From contig NZ_MKUD01000010.1 of the NCBI RefSeq assembly GCF_001898575.1, forward strand, positions 297,110 through 361,109: DNA of 64,000 nt, in the 5' to 3' direction. The position numbers and the translations under genes are program-made. The notes under the pieces were generated by a model. It did not search any database. It worked only from the letters and a program-made list of their open reading frames with translations, and was not told where the DNA came from. Positions 55,685 through 64,000 of this stretch are shown here, piece by piece. The first letter of the stretch is position 1. Every line of letters starts with the position of its first letter. This DNA is from Spirosoma sp. 48-14. GTDB taxonomy: Bacteria > Bacteroidota > Bacteroidia > Cytophagales > Spirosomataceae.

Positions 55685-57094
55685 TTATTTTAGAAACATA
55701 TTAACAGCCTGAATACGAGTGGTCACGTGGTTTTTCAACGCCATGACCCCGGTAATGAAATCGGTTGTGCTGGTTAGGTAGGAGTAAGGTTTTTGCTCCG
55801 GTTCTGTGCCTGTCACGTAAGGGGCAATTAAATAATAGTTCTGGTCGATGATGGCGTTTATGTTGCTTGCCGTAAACACATTGTCCCTAAAGTCTTTGAC
55901 ATACTGTTTATATCGGGCATAGTAAACTGCGTCATGGGCTATGGCATAGATAAGCGGCCAACTGTTGCTTACTTCAGTCATTTCGAGCGAAACGGCTTTG
56001 CCGCCACCGGCTCCGTTGCCCGATGTGGTAGTCATGGCCATGTTATGATCCCAGGGAATCCAGGTGAGGTGATTTGTGGGGGCGTTGTAGAGGTAGTAGT
56101 TGTGGGCCATAGCCCCGTAGCTGTCCCAATTCACAATGGTATTATTAACGGCCAGATACTTAAGAAAGAGGTCCATATTGAACGTCTTCTCCAGATTTGT
56201 GCGCCAGGTTGCAGGGTCTGTAGTTCGGTTGGTTGCATTGAGGGCCGCTACAAACGCCTGAACATCAGAATAGTCAGCTTTATCTTCATTGTTTTTCTTT
56301 TCAAACTGGCTTTGTACAAACGTTTGTAATGTTGATTCTGGCTTATAGATGTTTCCTTTTTTCTCGCCATACTGGGTTTTGACCATCGTATCGTCGATCA
56401 CTTCGACCATCGTATACACACCACAGTATTTTTTACCTGATCCAAAATCAATATACACCCGATAAAAAGCAGTTTGAGCGGCTGGTACGCCAGACAGTCG
56501 AAAAATATCAGCTACTATTTTTTCTCTTAACAACGAATTATCGCTAAAACCTGGCGACATACTTAACTCTTTGAAGCCATAATACCGTTGGTCTTTGATG
56601 TCGGGATAAGTGTCCTCGAATTCATCCATTTTGAGCCGGAAAGGCAGTTTGTAGATGCCCGATCGCCAGGCTGAAGAGAGGCTTGAATTTCCTTTGAGAC
56701 GGAAGCCCACATGGTCCCAGAGTTTACCATTAATGTAAACGGGCAGGGCTACATAGGCTGGATCATCGCCAAAGGTACCTCCTCCTGGATTGCCCCCTGG
56801 CATTCCACCTCCGCCCGCATTTCCGGTGCCAAACGTTCCCCAGGATTTAGCCGACATATCGGTCTGGATCGACTTCCACTGATCGGCAGTCATTGTTATC
56901 TCCATCGTTTTCACGTCAGTTTGCGAGAACGCGACGGAATAACTGGGGGGAGCATCGCCACTATGTGATTCGGTGGTCCAGTCGGGATTGGTCGTACTGC
57001 CTGTATTGGGGGCTACCTCCGAGTATTTAGGCTGGCAGGCCAGCCCGATCCAGATTAATGATCCAATAAAAAAGAGTAATGTATTGGCTTTCAT
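55685..57094 (-). CDS. CotH-kinase family lipoprotein
   Basis: Lipobox GLAC; GFRLKGNSS, KLPFRLKMD, GVYTMVEVID, NWDSY, WIPWDHN. Start at ATG 57094 preferred. Confidence 0.88.
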   Translation of the reverse strand: MKANTLLFFIGSLIWIGLACQPKYSEVAPNTGSTTNPDWTTESHSGDAPPSYSVAFSQTDVKTMEITMTADQWKSIQTDMSAKSWGTFGTGNAGGGGMPGGNPGGGTFGDDPAYVALPVYINGKLWDHVGFRLKGNSSLSSAWRSGIYKLPFRLKMDEFEDTYPDIKDQRYYGFKELSMSPGFSDNSLLREKIVADIFRLSGVPAAQTAFYRVYIDFGSGKKYCGVYTMVEVIDDTMVKTQYGEKKGNIYKPESTLQTFVQSQFEKKNNEDKADYSDVQAFVAALNATNRTTDPATWRTNLEKTFNMDLFLKYLAVNNTIVNWDSYGAMAHNYYLYNAPTNHLTWIPWDHNMAMTTTSGNGAGGGKAVSLEMTEVSNSWPLIYAIAHDAVYYARYKQYVKDFRDNVFTASNINAIIDQNYYLIAPYVTGTEPEQKPYSYLTSTTDFITGVMALKNHVTTRIQAVNMFLK

Positions 57095-57200
57095 GTAGTG
57101 TACACCGTTCGGCTTTATACCGCTTGTACGCATACAAAATAGCCTCCGTTGCAATAGGGCTTTATTGGGGGGAAAAATAGGTTAAAAAGCAGACGGAAAA

Positions 57201-57614
57201 TTAACTGTCAAGAAGCCACTGGTGGTAATCTTCGGTGTCAACAAAATAGCGACTGGATAGTGATTCATTAAGTCGGCCAGAAGCCCTTAGAATTAAGTCG
57301 GCCCCCAACTTACCAAACTGATTGGGGTCATGTAATACAACCGCAATTCGCGCCTGTTGGGTTAAACCCGCACCTGAATCCGCCTGTGGAAGCCAGTGCT
57401 CAATAAACCAGTGCAGGTCGACCGGGTTAAACAGCCGGAGTTGCCGTAGGTCTATCAGCCACCGTTTCACTCGATGTCGTTTCGCCAGCGCCAGGATGGC
57501 CAGTGATCCGTCGCGGAAATGGTGGCTGGCAGGCACGCCAAACCAGGTTTGCTGTAGCATATGAATACTGCAGTCGACTTCCACCCAGACGTGTTCGTTC
57601 CGGTAGGTTTTCAT
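57201..57614 (-). CDS. STAS/SEC14 (SpoIIAA-like) small protein
   Basis: QTWFG...FRDGS...WLIDLRQLR...WFIEHWLP...RIAVVL, a pattern typical of Cytophagales SpoIIAA-like proteins. Start at ATG 57614. Confidence 0.6.
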   Translation of the reverse strand: MKTYRNEHVWVEVDCSIHMLQQTWFGVPASHHFRDGSLAILALAKRHRVKRWLIDLRQLRLFNPVDLHWFIEHWLPQADSGAGLTQQARIAVVLHDPNQFGKLGADLILRASGRLNESLSSRYFVDTEDYHQWLLDS

Positions 57615-57710
57615 ACACAATTTATTCCAGGTTGTAAGTAATCGCGTTCGAAACGGGTCTATCCAACGAGAGGATGTGCCGGTTTCGAACGCTAAACGCA
57701 AGATTTCCGA

Positions 57711-57959
57711 CTACAATAAAGGGGACTGATGAGACAGGGGAGGGGTTGAATACGCACGTTGTAGTTCGGCTTCTGCAAATCGATACGCATACACAAACTT
57801 ATCGTTTTCCTGACGAATCAGGCCCATATCCTCCAGTTGCAGTACGTGATTCCATATTCGCTGAAGGCTGCCGTAAAACCCATCTTCAGATTGGGATAAG
57901 AACGCCTGTAGGCTAGGAGTGTTGTTTTCGGCAGAAGTGTTGACGGGTGTACGTTGCAT
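57711..57959 (-). CDS. hypothetical protein
   Basis: 82-aa ORF with ATG start, co-oriented with its neighbours, helical-looking core. Confidence 0.5.
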   Translation of the reverse strand: MQRTPVNTSAENNTPSLQAFLSQSEDGFYGSLQRIWNHVLQLEDMGLIRQENDKFVYAYRFAEAELQRAYSTPPLSHQSPLL

Positions 57960-58432
57960 GAGTTGAGCTATTCAGATTATCCGCTGTCTCTCGGTTTAAA
58001 CAGGTAACGTACAGGTTTGTCAATCGCTTATGCTATTAGGAGGATATGAGCGTCAATTCTATTGTTTTTAGGCATTTTTAACATCATGCCGAATGTCTTT
58101 ATGAAGTTGGCAGGCACATCGGCCATTGCTCATGCGGTGAGTATGGTGGTGCTGTTGCTTACTACTCTCAATACGGGAAGGGAAGGGTTTTCGTGGCGAC
58201 CATCTTCGGTTGATTCAAGGATTTAAGCTTTTTTAAACCATTTGTTGTGGAGTTCTCTGGCTATTCGTGATAAAAATGCCGGTTGCTATAGTTAACCGAG
58301 TTATCTTAGAGAAGCATAAAATCAGATACAGGAGCTGGCATACCCAAAAGCCGATCGATGTTGTACGGTCTCTATCTATTACTTTTAAATAAGCTAAGGT
58401 ATATGAGGCTGGGTCCGTAAATTTTTCTATGC

Positions 58433-58476
58433 AATTAAAAACCCCTGTTAAGCCAGCTTAACAGGGGTTTTTAATT
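58433..58476. terminator. intrinsic terminator after DUF4270
   Basis: aattaaaaacccctgttaagc-ca-gcttaacaggggtttttaatt, with A/T tracts on both sides. Confidence 0.8.
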
Positions 58477-58492
58477 GAGAGTATTATCGGGG

Positions 58493-59800
58493 CTAAGACC
58501 CAGATGTCATGAATAACTGCAACTGAAGCTTATCGTTGACATTTTGCTGGTTACCCAGGGTTACGCGTTGAACCCATTCTTTGAGTGTATAAGAGCTTGT
58601 AGGTGCTCCCAGCAAAAGTGGCTGAATCCGGGCTTTTCGTTTGATAACTTCGCCAATGTAGTAAGTCAGATCAAACTTATAGGCATCTTCCAGAGTTATT
58701 GCCGTCGGGTCGTAGGTGTAGGTCGTCAGGGGCGATGTGGTGCCTCCAATACCCGTTGGAACAGCCGTCGACAGAATGTCATTCTGATTGTTTGTGAAAT
58801 ACAGAGCCAGTTGTGTTGGCGGGGTTGCATTATCGTTCAGGTTTTTCCGAACAGGTTTAAGAACCAATATCGCTTTATTCAGGTCGGCATATTGCTCTGG
58901 GCGAATAAAGTCGTTGAGGTACGGAAACTCAATGCGCGTGAACAGTTGAGCACCTGGTACCACAAAGCTCGTATTATTGGTCGATCGGCTACTAAGTATA
59001 TCCGCTTTGCTTTTCAAGGCACTCAACGGCGTTCCCGTCCGGTCATTTATCAATTGAGAGAAATAAATAGACGAGAATGGAAACAGCAGGTTCGATGACG
59101 TACGATCCAGATCAGTGGTGTGGTAATAGAGACGTAACCCACTTGTGGCGGCTGTAAATCCGACAAATGTATTGGCGGTCGAATTGCAGTTTAACGCAAA
59201 ACCCGGCAGGAATCCGGAGAGGGTCGTTGCATCGGTAATCTGGCCCGAACTTAACTTGTCGAAGAAAGACTGAGCCAGATCGTCGGGCACACGAAACTGG
59301 ATTTGTTTCGTCCGGCTTTTCGGCTGAGGCTGCACACTTCTCCGCAAATACGGCTTTGAGTCATAACCAACAGTACTGGTATTATAGTAGGCCTGGATCA
59401 GCAGTTCCTTACTCAATTTATGAACGCTTAAATCAAACAACGAAGTACTGTCGCCATGAACAAAGGCATAGTTGAGTTCTACCACCATTGAGTCGAGCCG
59501 CAGATTCGTTTGCGTTGAAAAGTTGTTGGACGCATAGTTAACGGCTGCGAAGCATCGGGCAGTCATTGTGCCGGTCTGAGAATCGGACCAGCGCCCCACC
59601 AGCAGATTGACATCGCCGGAGGTAACGAAGGAGTCGGGTCGCATAACCGTAGATGTCTGAACCGTCACCGTATCGACCGACTGGATCACCAATTCCTGTG
59701 GATTGATGATCGACTGTCCGACAAGGAGATCGCCCGACTGACAAGCAAATAGCACCATACCGGTCAGCAAGAGCAAACCGGCGTACCAGAAAGTACGCAT
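58493..59800 (-). CDS. DUF4270-family lipoprotein
   Basis: Lipobox LFAC; DTVTVQTSTV, LLVGRWSD...G, LRLDSMVVEL, GDST, LRLYYH. Confidence 0.8.
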   Translation of the reverse strand: MRTFWYAGLLLLTGMVLFACQSGDLLVGQSIINPQELVIQSVDTVTVQTSTVMRPDSFVTSGDVNLLVGRWSDSQTGTMTARCFAAVNYASNNFSTQTNLRLDSMVVELNYAFVHGDSTSLFDLSVHKLSKELLIQAYYNTSTVGYDSKPYLRRSVQPQPKSRTKQIQFRVPDDLAQSFFDKLSSGQITDATTLSGFLPGFALNCNSTANTFVGFTAATSGLRLYYHTTDLDRTSSNLLFPFSSIYFSQLINDRTGTPLSALKSKADILSSRSTNNTSFVVPGAQLFTRIEFPYLNDFIRPEQYADLNKAILVLKPVRKNLNDNATPPTQLALYFTNNQNDILSTAVPTGIGGTTSPLTTYTYDPTAITLEDAYKFDLTYYIGEVIKRKARIQPLLLGAPTSSYTLKEWVQRVTLGNQQNVNDKLQLQLFMTSGS

Positions 59801-59811
59801 ATGTAAATAAT

Positions 59812-60171
59812 TCAGGGAATTTTTACGCCTAACTGGCGTAATTCTTCGTTAGTCAGCGTCGGCAAAGCCTTCGTCTGCTTAATTTTTTCAACCACCCGTT
59901 CACCAACCCGCTGGGCCTGTTCCTGGCTGGTAAAGCCTACCATACCAGGTTGCCCCGGAATGGTAGGCTGATGAATAACCAATGTATTATTCTTCAAAAT
60001 ATCGTAGCCCCAGCCTCCCGGTGTTTTGATCACCTCAACCCGAAGGCCCGATTCACGCTGTGTATACCATTGGTAGACGGTCAAACAGGCCAGACCAACC
60101 AGTATCAACAACAATCCCTGCTGGATTTGACGTGCTCGTGACCGTTTGGGTTGCGTAGGGGCAACTGGCAT
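59812..60171 (-). CDS. DUF4907-family protein
   Basis: One TM, then GGWGYDI...IHQPTIPG...GFTSQEQAQRVG...PTLT. Confidence 0.85.
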   Translation of the reverse strand: MPVAPTQPKRSRARQIQQGLLLILVGLACLTVYQWYTQRESGLRVEVIKTPGGWGYDILKNNTLVIHQPTIPGQPGMVGFTSQEQAQRVGERVVEKIKQTKALPTLTNEELRQLGVKIP

Positions 60172-61238
60172 TACTGTACCTGAGCGACAGTTGGATCAAA
60201 ATCCCACAGATCATCAAGGGGAGAGGTGCCATTACGACCTGTTGTGACATACCCCTTGTTGCCGATTGCAAAACCTACACCATACTGGCGCGAAGCCCCT
60301 TCAAACACTCCTCTGGTTGCCCAGGTATCGGTAGAAGGATTGTATTCCCAGATATCTTTCGTTGTGCCATCGCCGGTAGCAATATAGCCCAACCCATTGA
60401 TCGAGAATCCTACAGCATAACTACGGGCAATAGTCGACTGATCGGTGATGAAATCGGCTTTTTGCGTCCACAGATCCTGTGCCGGATCATATTCATACCA
60501 GTCTTTCTGTACGATAGCATTGTTGTTGCCCGTACCCACATACGCCTTATTATTGATAACAAAGGCAACAGCACCAATGCGCTTGGAGCCACCATAGCTG
60601 GCTACTTTCGTCCAGGCATTGGCCGTTGGATCGTACGACCAGATGTCTTTCAGGTAGTTGCCGTCGAAGCCAGTGCCAACATACCCTTTCGTACCGATGG
60701 CAAACGCAATAGCACCCTGACGGGCGGTGCCGCCGAAATCGGTTACCTGCTTCCAGGTGTTGGTCGCTGTATTGTATTCCCAGAAATCTTTCAGACGATC
60801 GCCATTCGCGTTGATACCAGTGCCGATATAGCCTTTTGTACCAACGGCAAAGCCGACACCAATGTTACGGGCTGCCCCGCCGAAATCTGCTTTCTGAGTC
60901 CAGGCATTTCGCGAAGGATCATACGCCCAGAAGTCTTTCAGGCGGTTGTTACTGGCATCAGCACCTGTGCCCATGTAGGCAATGTTGCCGGATACGAAAC
61001 TGGCGGCACCAAAGCGAGCCACACCTTCTAATTCGGATTTAACCGTCCAGTCGCCCAGCGTTGATACGGTATCCGATGTGGAACAGCTAATGAGCGTTCC
61101 TGCCCAGCCTGCACAGAGCAAGCCTAATATCCAGTTGACACGTGAGGTCTTCTTGTTGGTAGAGAAAGGAGTCTCAGATGATACAGATTCCGACTGGGAG
61201 CTTTGAGCCGAAAGAAATCGAAATGGTAAATGAATCAT
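60171..61238 (-). CDS. Kelch-repeat (six-blade) lipoprotein
   Basis: Lipobox TLISC; six repeats of R..a.gF.ig.kgY.GtG...lkD.W.YdP..n.W. Confidence 0.9.
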   Translation of the reverse strand: MIHLPFRFLSAQSSQSESVSSETPFSTNKKTSRVNWILGLLCAGWAGTLISCSTSDTVSTLGDWTVKSELEGVARFGAASFVSGNIAYMGTGADASNNRLKDFWAYDPSRNAWTQKADFGGAARNIGVGFAVGTKGYIGTGINANGDRLKDFWEYNTATNTWKQVTDFGGTARQGAIAFAIGTKGYVGTGFDGNYLKDIWSYDPTANAWTKVASYGGSKRIGAVAFVINNKAYVGTGNNNAIVQKDWYEYDPAQDLWTQKADFITDQSTIARSYAVGFSINGLGYIATGDGTTKDIWEYNPSTDTWATRGVFEGASRQYGVGFAIGNKGYVTTGRNGTSPLDDLWDFDPTVAQVQ

Positions 61239-61472
61239 GAAAAACGAGCGTGATCAAACGAACGAAAACGTAAAGGTACACCTATTTGCGTTAAAAACGA
61301 CGGTATCGACAGCCTCATTGTCCTGAACAAACGAATTGGCTGGCCGATTCAGGAAGCAAAGCGTATCAACTAATTCCTGCAAAATTACAGTAAACTGGGT
61401 TTACTAACCAATGAGTCTCTTTCATAAAAATTCTTAATTATACGGAGCTAGGTTAACAACAGATTAAAAAAG

Positions 61473-61519
61473 CCCAACGGCTCTGACATAAAGACCCGCT
61501 TCATGTCAGGGCCGTTGGG
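61473..61519 (-). terminator. terminator for the S41 peptidase gene
   Basis: cccaacggctctgacat / atgtcagggccgttggg, with an A-tract on + (U-tract on -). Confidence 0.7.
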
Positions 61520-61582
61520 AATAGCGCCTGTTAAAAAATGTTAAGCTGCTATGCGTGATCTCATGAAATCGGTGCTATCTTT

Positions 61583-63052
61583 TTATAGATTCAGATTTTT
61601 GATGGGGCGAATCATTGACTTACCGCCAGCTTTCCGCTGAATGGATGAGCCCATCTGTAACAACGGATTACGCTCGCTGGCTGCCTGACGGCCATTGGCT
61701 GTACTGCCTGAAATCTGGCTCAAAGCGGCTTTAAGCATAACTTCGTTGGTGTCGCCTAAGGGCAGCAGATTGATCGGCTCTTCTACTTCTACATTCGGTG
61801 TAAAACCCGTTGAGTAGTCCGATGTACCGGCACTGTTGTACGATTTGAACACAATCGGCTGCATGCCCCACTTGATTTTGCCACTGTCGTCGGTGATTGT
61901 TATGGAGCCAACATTTTTGCCATACGTCGTCGTGCCAATCGTTGTTACGGTCATGTAAGGGCGCAAACCGTTGATGATTAGTTCGCTGGCCGAAGCTGTG
62001 TGGTCGGTAGTCAGTACGATCACCCGCGATAAGTTGGAACCGATATTCTGGGGTTTATCGAGAAAGTTCTGGATGAAAAAACTGGAGCCGTATTGTTTTT
62101 GAAGTTCGGGTGTAATCGAACTATTCCATTCTTCGCGAAAGTACAACTTGCTGGAGCTAACGCCCTTGCCAATCAGACTGGCCAGATTGGCCGATGAAGA
62201 TGTGTAGCCACCTGGGTTGTAGCGTAAATCAAGAACAAGTTCGTTGACCCCCTGGGTCTTGAACTTGCTAAAGATGGCATCGACCTGACTATCATATTCG
62301 CCTGCGTCACTGCCATTAGCCCCCGGTACAAATTGGTTGTAGACCAGATAGCCCACTTTTTTGCTGCCAACCGTATAAACCGAATCCAGAAAGACAGGGT
62401 TTTCCTGGAATGTCGTAGCCGTTACGCTGACTGTTTTGTCTGTATCAACCAGTGATGAACCGCTGACCGATGCAAAACCAAACGTAAAGTTGGTTCCCGA
62501 AAACAGCAGATCAGAATAATTGGAGGTTGTGATCGACTGGCCATTTACTTTCGAGATAATATCGCCCCGTTTAATGCCGGCCAGCGCGGCTGGCGAACCG
62601 GGTAGCACATACAATACCTGAGCAATGACGCTGGTAGAACCCGACGATCGTAAGTATAGATTATACTCCATACCTGTTGTGGTGGTTTGCCCACTAAGTT
62701 CAGCCGTCAGGGTGTTGGCATCCTGCTCAATCCACGAAAAGCGGTCGCCGGTCGGGTTGGTTGTGGCATCGTATTTATTCAGAAGCGAGTCGAAAAATAG
62801 ATCGGGCGAAAGTGTCTTGTCTGGATTCGCTGGAATCTTGTCGTTCCAGTAATACACTTCCTGCATATTCTGCAAAATCCAGTCGTTAATGGTCGTATTT
62901 TCACTGGTCGAAGCGGACGCTTGCGGGGTAACATCCTCTGATTTTTGCTGGCAGCCAGAGAGCGATACAATAAATCCGGCTACAAATAACCACCGAAACA
63001 AAGATGTACGGGTGTCGAGTAGATGTTTTTTTACGCTATGTACGTAATTCAT
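61583..63052 (-). CDS. S41 family (tail-specific) peptidase lipoprotein with PDZ domain
   Basis: Lipobox LSGC; GSPAALAGIKRGD (PDZ), LDLRYNPGG, TASASELIINGL. Confidence 0.93.
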   Translation of the reverse strand: MNYVHSVKKHLLDTRTSLFRWLFVAGFIVSLSGCQQKSEDVTPQASASTSENTTINDWILQNMQEVYYWNDKIPANPDKTLSPDLFFDSLLNKYDATTNPTGDRFSWIEQDANTLTAELSGQTTTTGMEYNLYLRSSGSTSVIAQVLYVLPGSPAALAGIKRGDIISKVNGQSITTSNYSDLLFSGTNFTFGFASVSGSSLVDTDKTVSVTATTFQENPVFLDSVYTVGSKKVGYLVYNQFVPGANGSDAGEYDSQVDAIFSKFKTQGVNELVLDLRYNPGGYTSSSANLASLIGKGVSSSKLYFREEWNSSITPELQKQYGSSFFIQNFLDKPQNIGSNLSRVIVLTTDHTASASELIINGLRPYMTVTTIGTTTYGKNVGSITITDDSGKIKWGMQPIVFKSYNSAGTSDYSTGFTPNVEVEEPINLLPLGDTNEVMLKAALSQISGSTANGRQAASERNPLLQMGSSIQRKAGGKSMIRPIKNLNL

Positions 63053-63189
63053 AACTTGTTGTTCTACAGATTAAGTCGGATAAGTTAAACTGCTTATCTA
63101 ACTATGCTTACGTTATAACAACAAATAATGTTGCAGTACATGTTCGTTTGTATGGGATTTAATCAATGTTTAATAGAGTCATTTAACAT

Positions 63190-63233
63190 GGGTGGAAACC
63201 CGAAATTCGGGTTAATGGTGCGGGTTTCCACCC
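63190..63233. repeat. 13-bp inverted repeat with a nested alternative hairpin in a divergent intergenic region
   Basis: gggtggaaacccg ... cgggtttccaccc; internal aacccgaa-a-ttcgggtt. Confidence 0.6.
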
Positions 63234-63328
63234 GCATTACAATGGCAACCGCATAGAGTAATTGTATTTACGTTGTATCTTTACAAGAATAGATAGTACC
63301 AACTTAACCAGTAGCGTAATCAAAATCT

Positions 63329-63853
63329 GTGGAAAGACGCAATGCATTAAAAACAATGGCGGGAGCCGTTGGTGGACTGATCAGTCTGCCTGCCTGGGCT
63401 AATGGCTGGACGGCCGAATCGATTCCTTCATCACAACCGTTTATCTCCACCGGACAAACGGAATTGCTGGCCGAAATGGTCGAAACGATTATTCCGGCAA
63501 CCGACACGCCAGGGGCTAAAGCTTTGAATGTTCACCAGTTTGTGCAAAAAATGGTAGCTGACTGTTACGACAAAACGGCCCAGGATCGATTCAAAAACGG
63601 CCTTGAATCACTCGATGGATGGGCGCAGAAATCATTCGGAAAGCCATTCAACCAGGGTGATGTAGCACAACGGACTGGCCTGATGACCCAACTGTCGAAA
63701 TCAGATGATTCGGCCCAGAAAGATTTTTATGGCCTTGTGAAAGGACTGACCATCCGGGGTTATATGACATCGGAGTATGTCATGACGAATCTGACCCATT
63801 ACCAGTTTATCCCCGGCCACTACTACGGCTGTGTTCCTGTATCTAAAAAGTAA
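63329..63853 (+). CDS. gluconate 2-dehydrogenase subunit 3 family protein (Tat signal)
   Basis: MERRNALK twin-Arg signal; ETIIPATDTPGA, LTIRGYMTSE, IPGHYYGC. Confidence 0.9.
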   Translation: MERRNALKTMAGAVGGLISLPAWANGWTAESIPSSQPFISTGQTELLAEMVETIIPATDTPGAKALNVHQFVQKMVADCYDKTAQDRFKNGLESLDGWAQKSFGKPFNQGDVAQRTGLMTQLSKSDDSAQKDFYGLVKGLTIRGYMTSEYVMTNLTHYQFIPGHYYGCVPVSKK

Positions 63854-63942
63854 TTAGGAGCGAGGAGTTAGGAGTGAGAATGGCTGATAAATTTTCGTGC
63901 GCCAGCCGTTCTCACTTCTAACTCCTCGCTCCTCACTCCTAA
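63854..63942. repeat. AGGAG(T/C)(G/T) heptamer inverted repeat inside the operon
   Basis: ttaggagcgaggagttaggagtgagaatggctg / cagccgttctcacttctaactcctcgctcctcactcctaa. Confidence 0.85.
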
Positions 63943-63947
63943 AAACT

Positions 63948-64000
63948 ATGTCTTATTTCAATATTGACGCCCAGGCTCAGAATACCTACGATGCTATTGT
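63948..64000 (+). CDS. probable GMC-family oxidoreductase (N-terminus only)
   Basis: MSYFNIDAQAQNTYDAIV leads into a Rossmann YDAIV(V)G start; context after subunit 3. Confidence 0.6.
   Translation, partial: MSYFNIDAQAQNTYDAI

Noticed and set aside
58086-58226. 46-aa ORF MPNVFMKLAG... in the 530-nt intergenic gap
   Set aside because: No motif, opposite orientation to both neighbours and no supporting signals; needs homologs or ribosome profiling.

Overview
Bacterial chromosomal window, most likely a Spirosoma-like Cytophagales (Bacteroidota). This is inferred from the T9SS type-B CTD protein, TAnnTTTG promoter box, ECF-sigma/FecR module, GIN and DUF4270 lipoproteins and short-unit inverted repeats. 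Left to right: (1) the upstream part of a Wzx/Wzy exopolysaccharide operon (GT11 fucosyltransferase, GT9-like orphan, flippase, degenerate Wzc, half-size TolC, GTs, polymerase, receiver-fused priming transferase, stand-alone receiver); (2) dprA, a candidate BrnT-like toxin-antitoxin pair, merR, alaS, an amidohydrolase and murI; (3) a secreted pseudo-caspase/papain-protease fusion and a TPR histidine kinase; (4) an ECF-sigma locus whose four transcription units (TonB-dependent receptor, sigma/FecR, STN-beta-solenoid-barrel protein, GIN lipoprotein) share an identical TAGGGGT-N14-CTGTC motif; (5) mlaEFD, a lytic transglycosylase, cvfB, several hydrolases, a DUF3300-like protein, an OmpR-type regulator, yceI and a T9SS cargo; (6) a Rieske-thioredoxin-ApbE-DUF4266-DUF3570 flavinylation operon, a CotH lipoprotein, a Kelch-DUF4907-DUF4270 operon, an S41 peptidase and the start of a gluconate-DH-like/GMC pair. 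I found no rRNA, tRNA, CRISPR array, integrase or transposase. The strongest candidate for an undescribed system is the ECF regulon, which looks like a 'split' cell-surface signalling architecture. All family calls are from motif recognition, not database searches.
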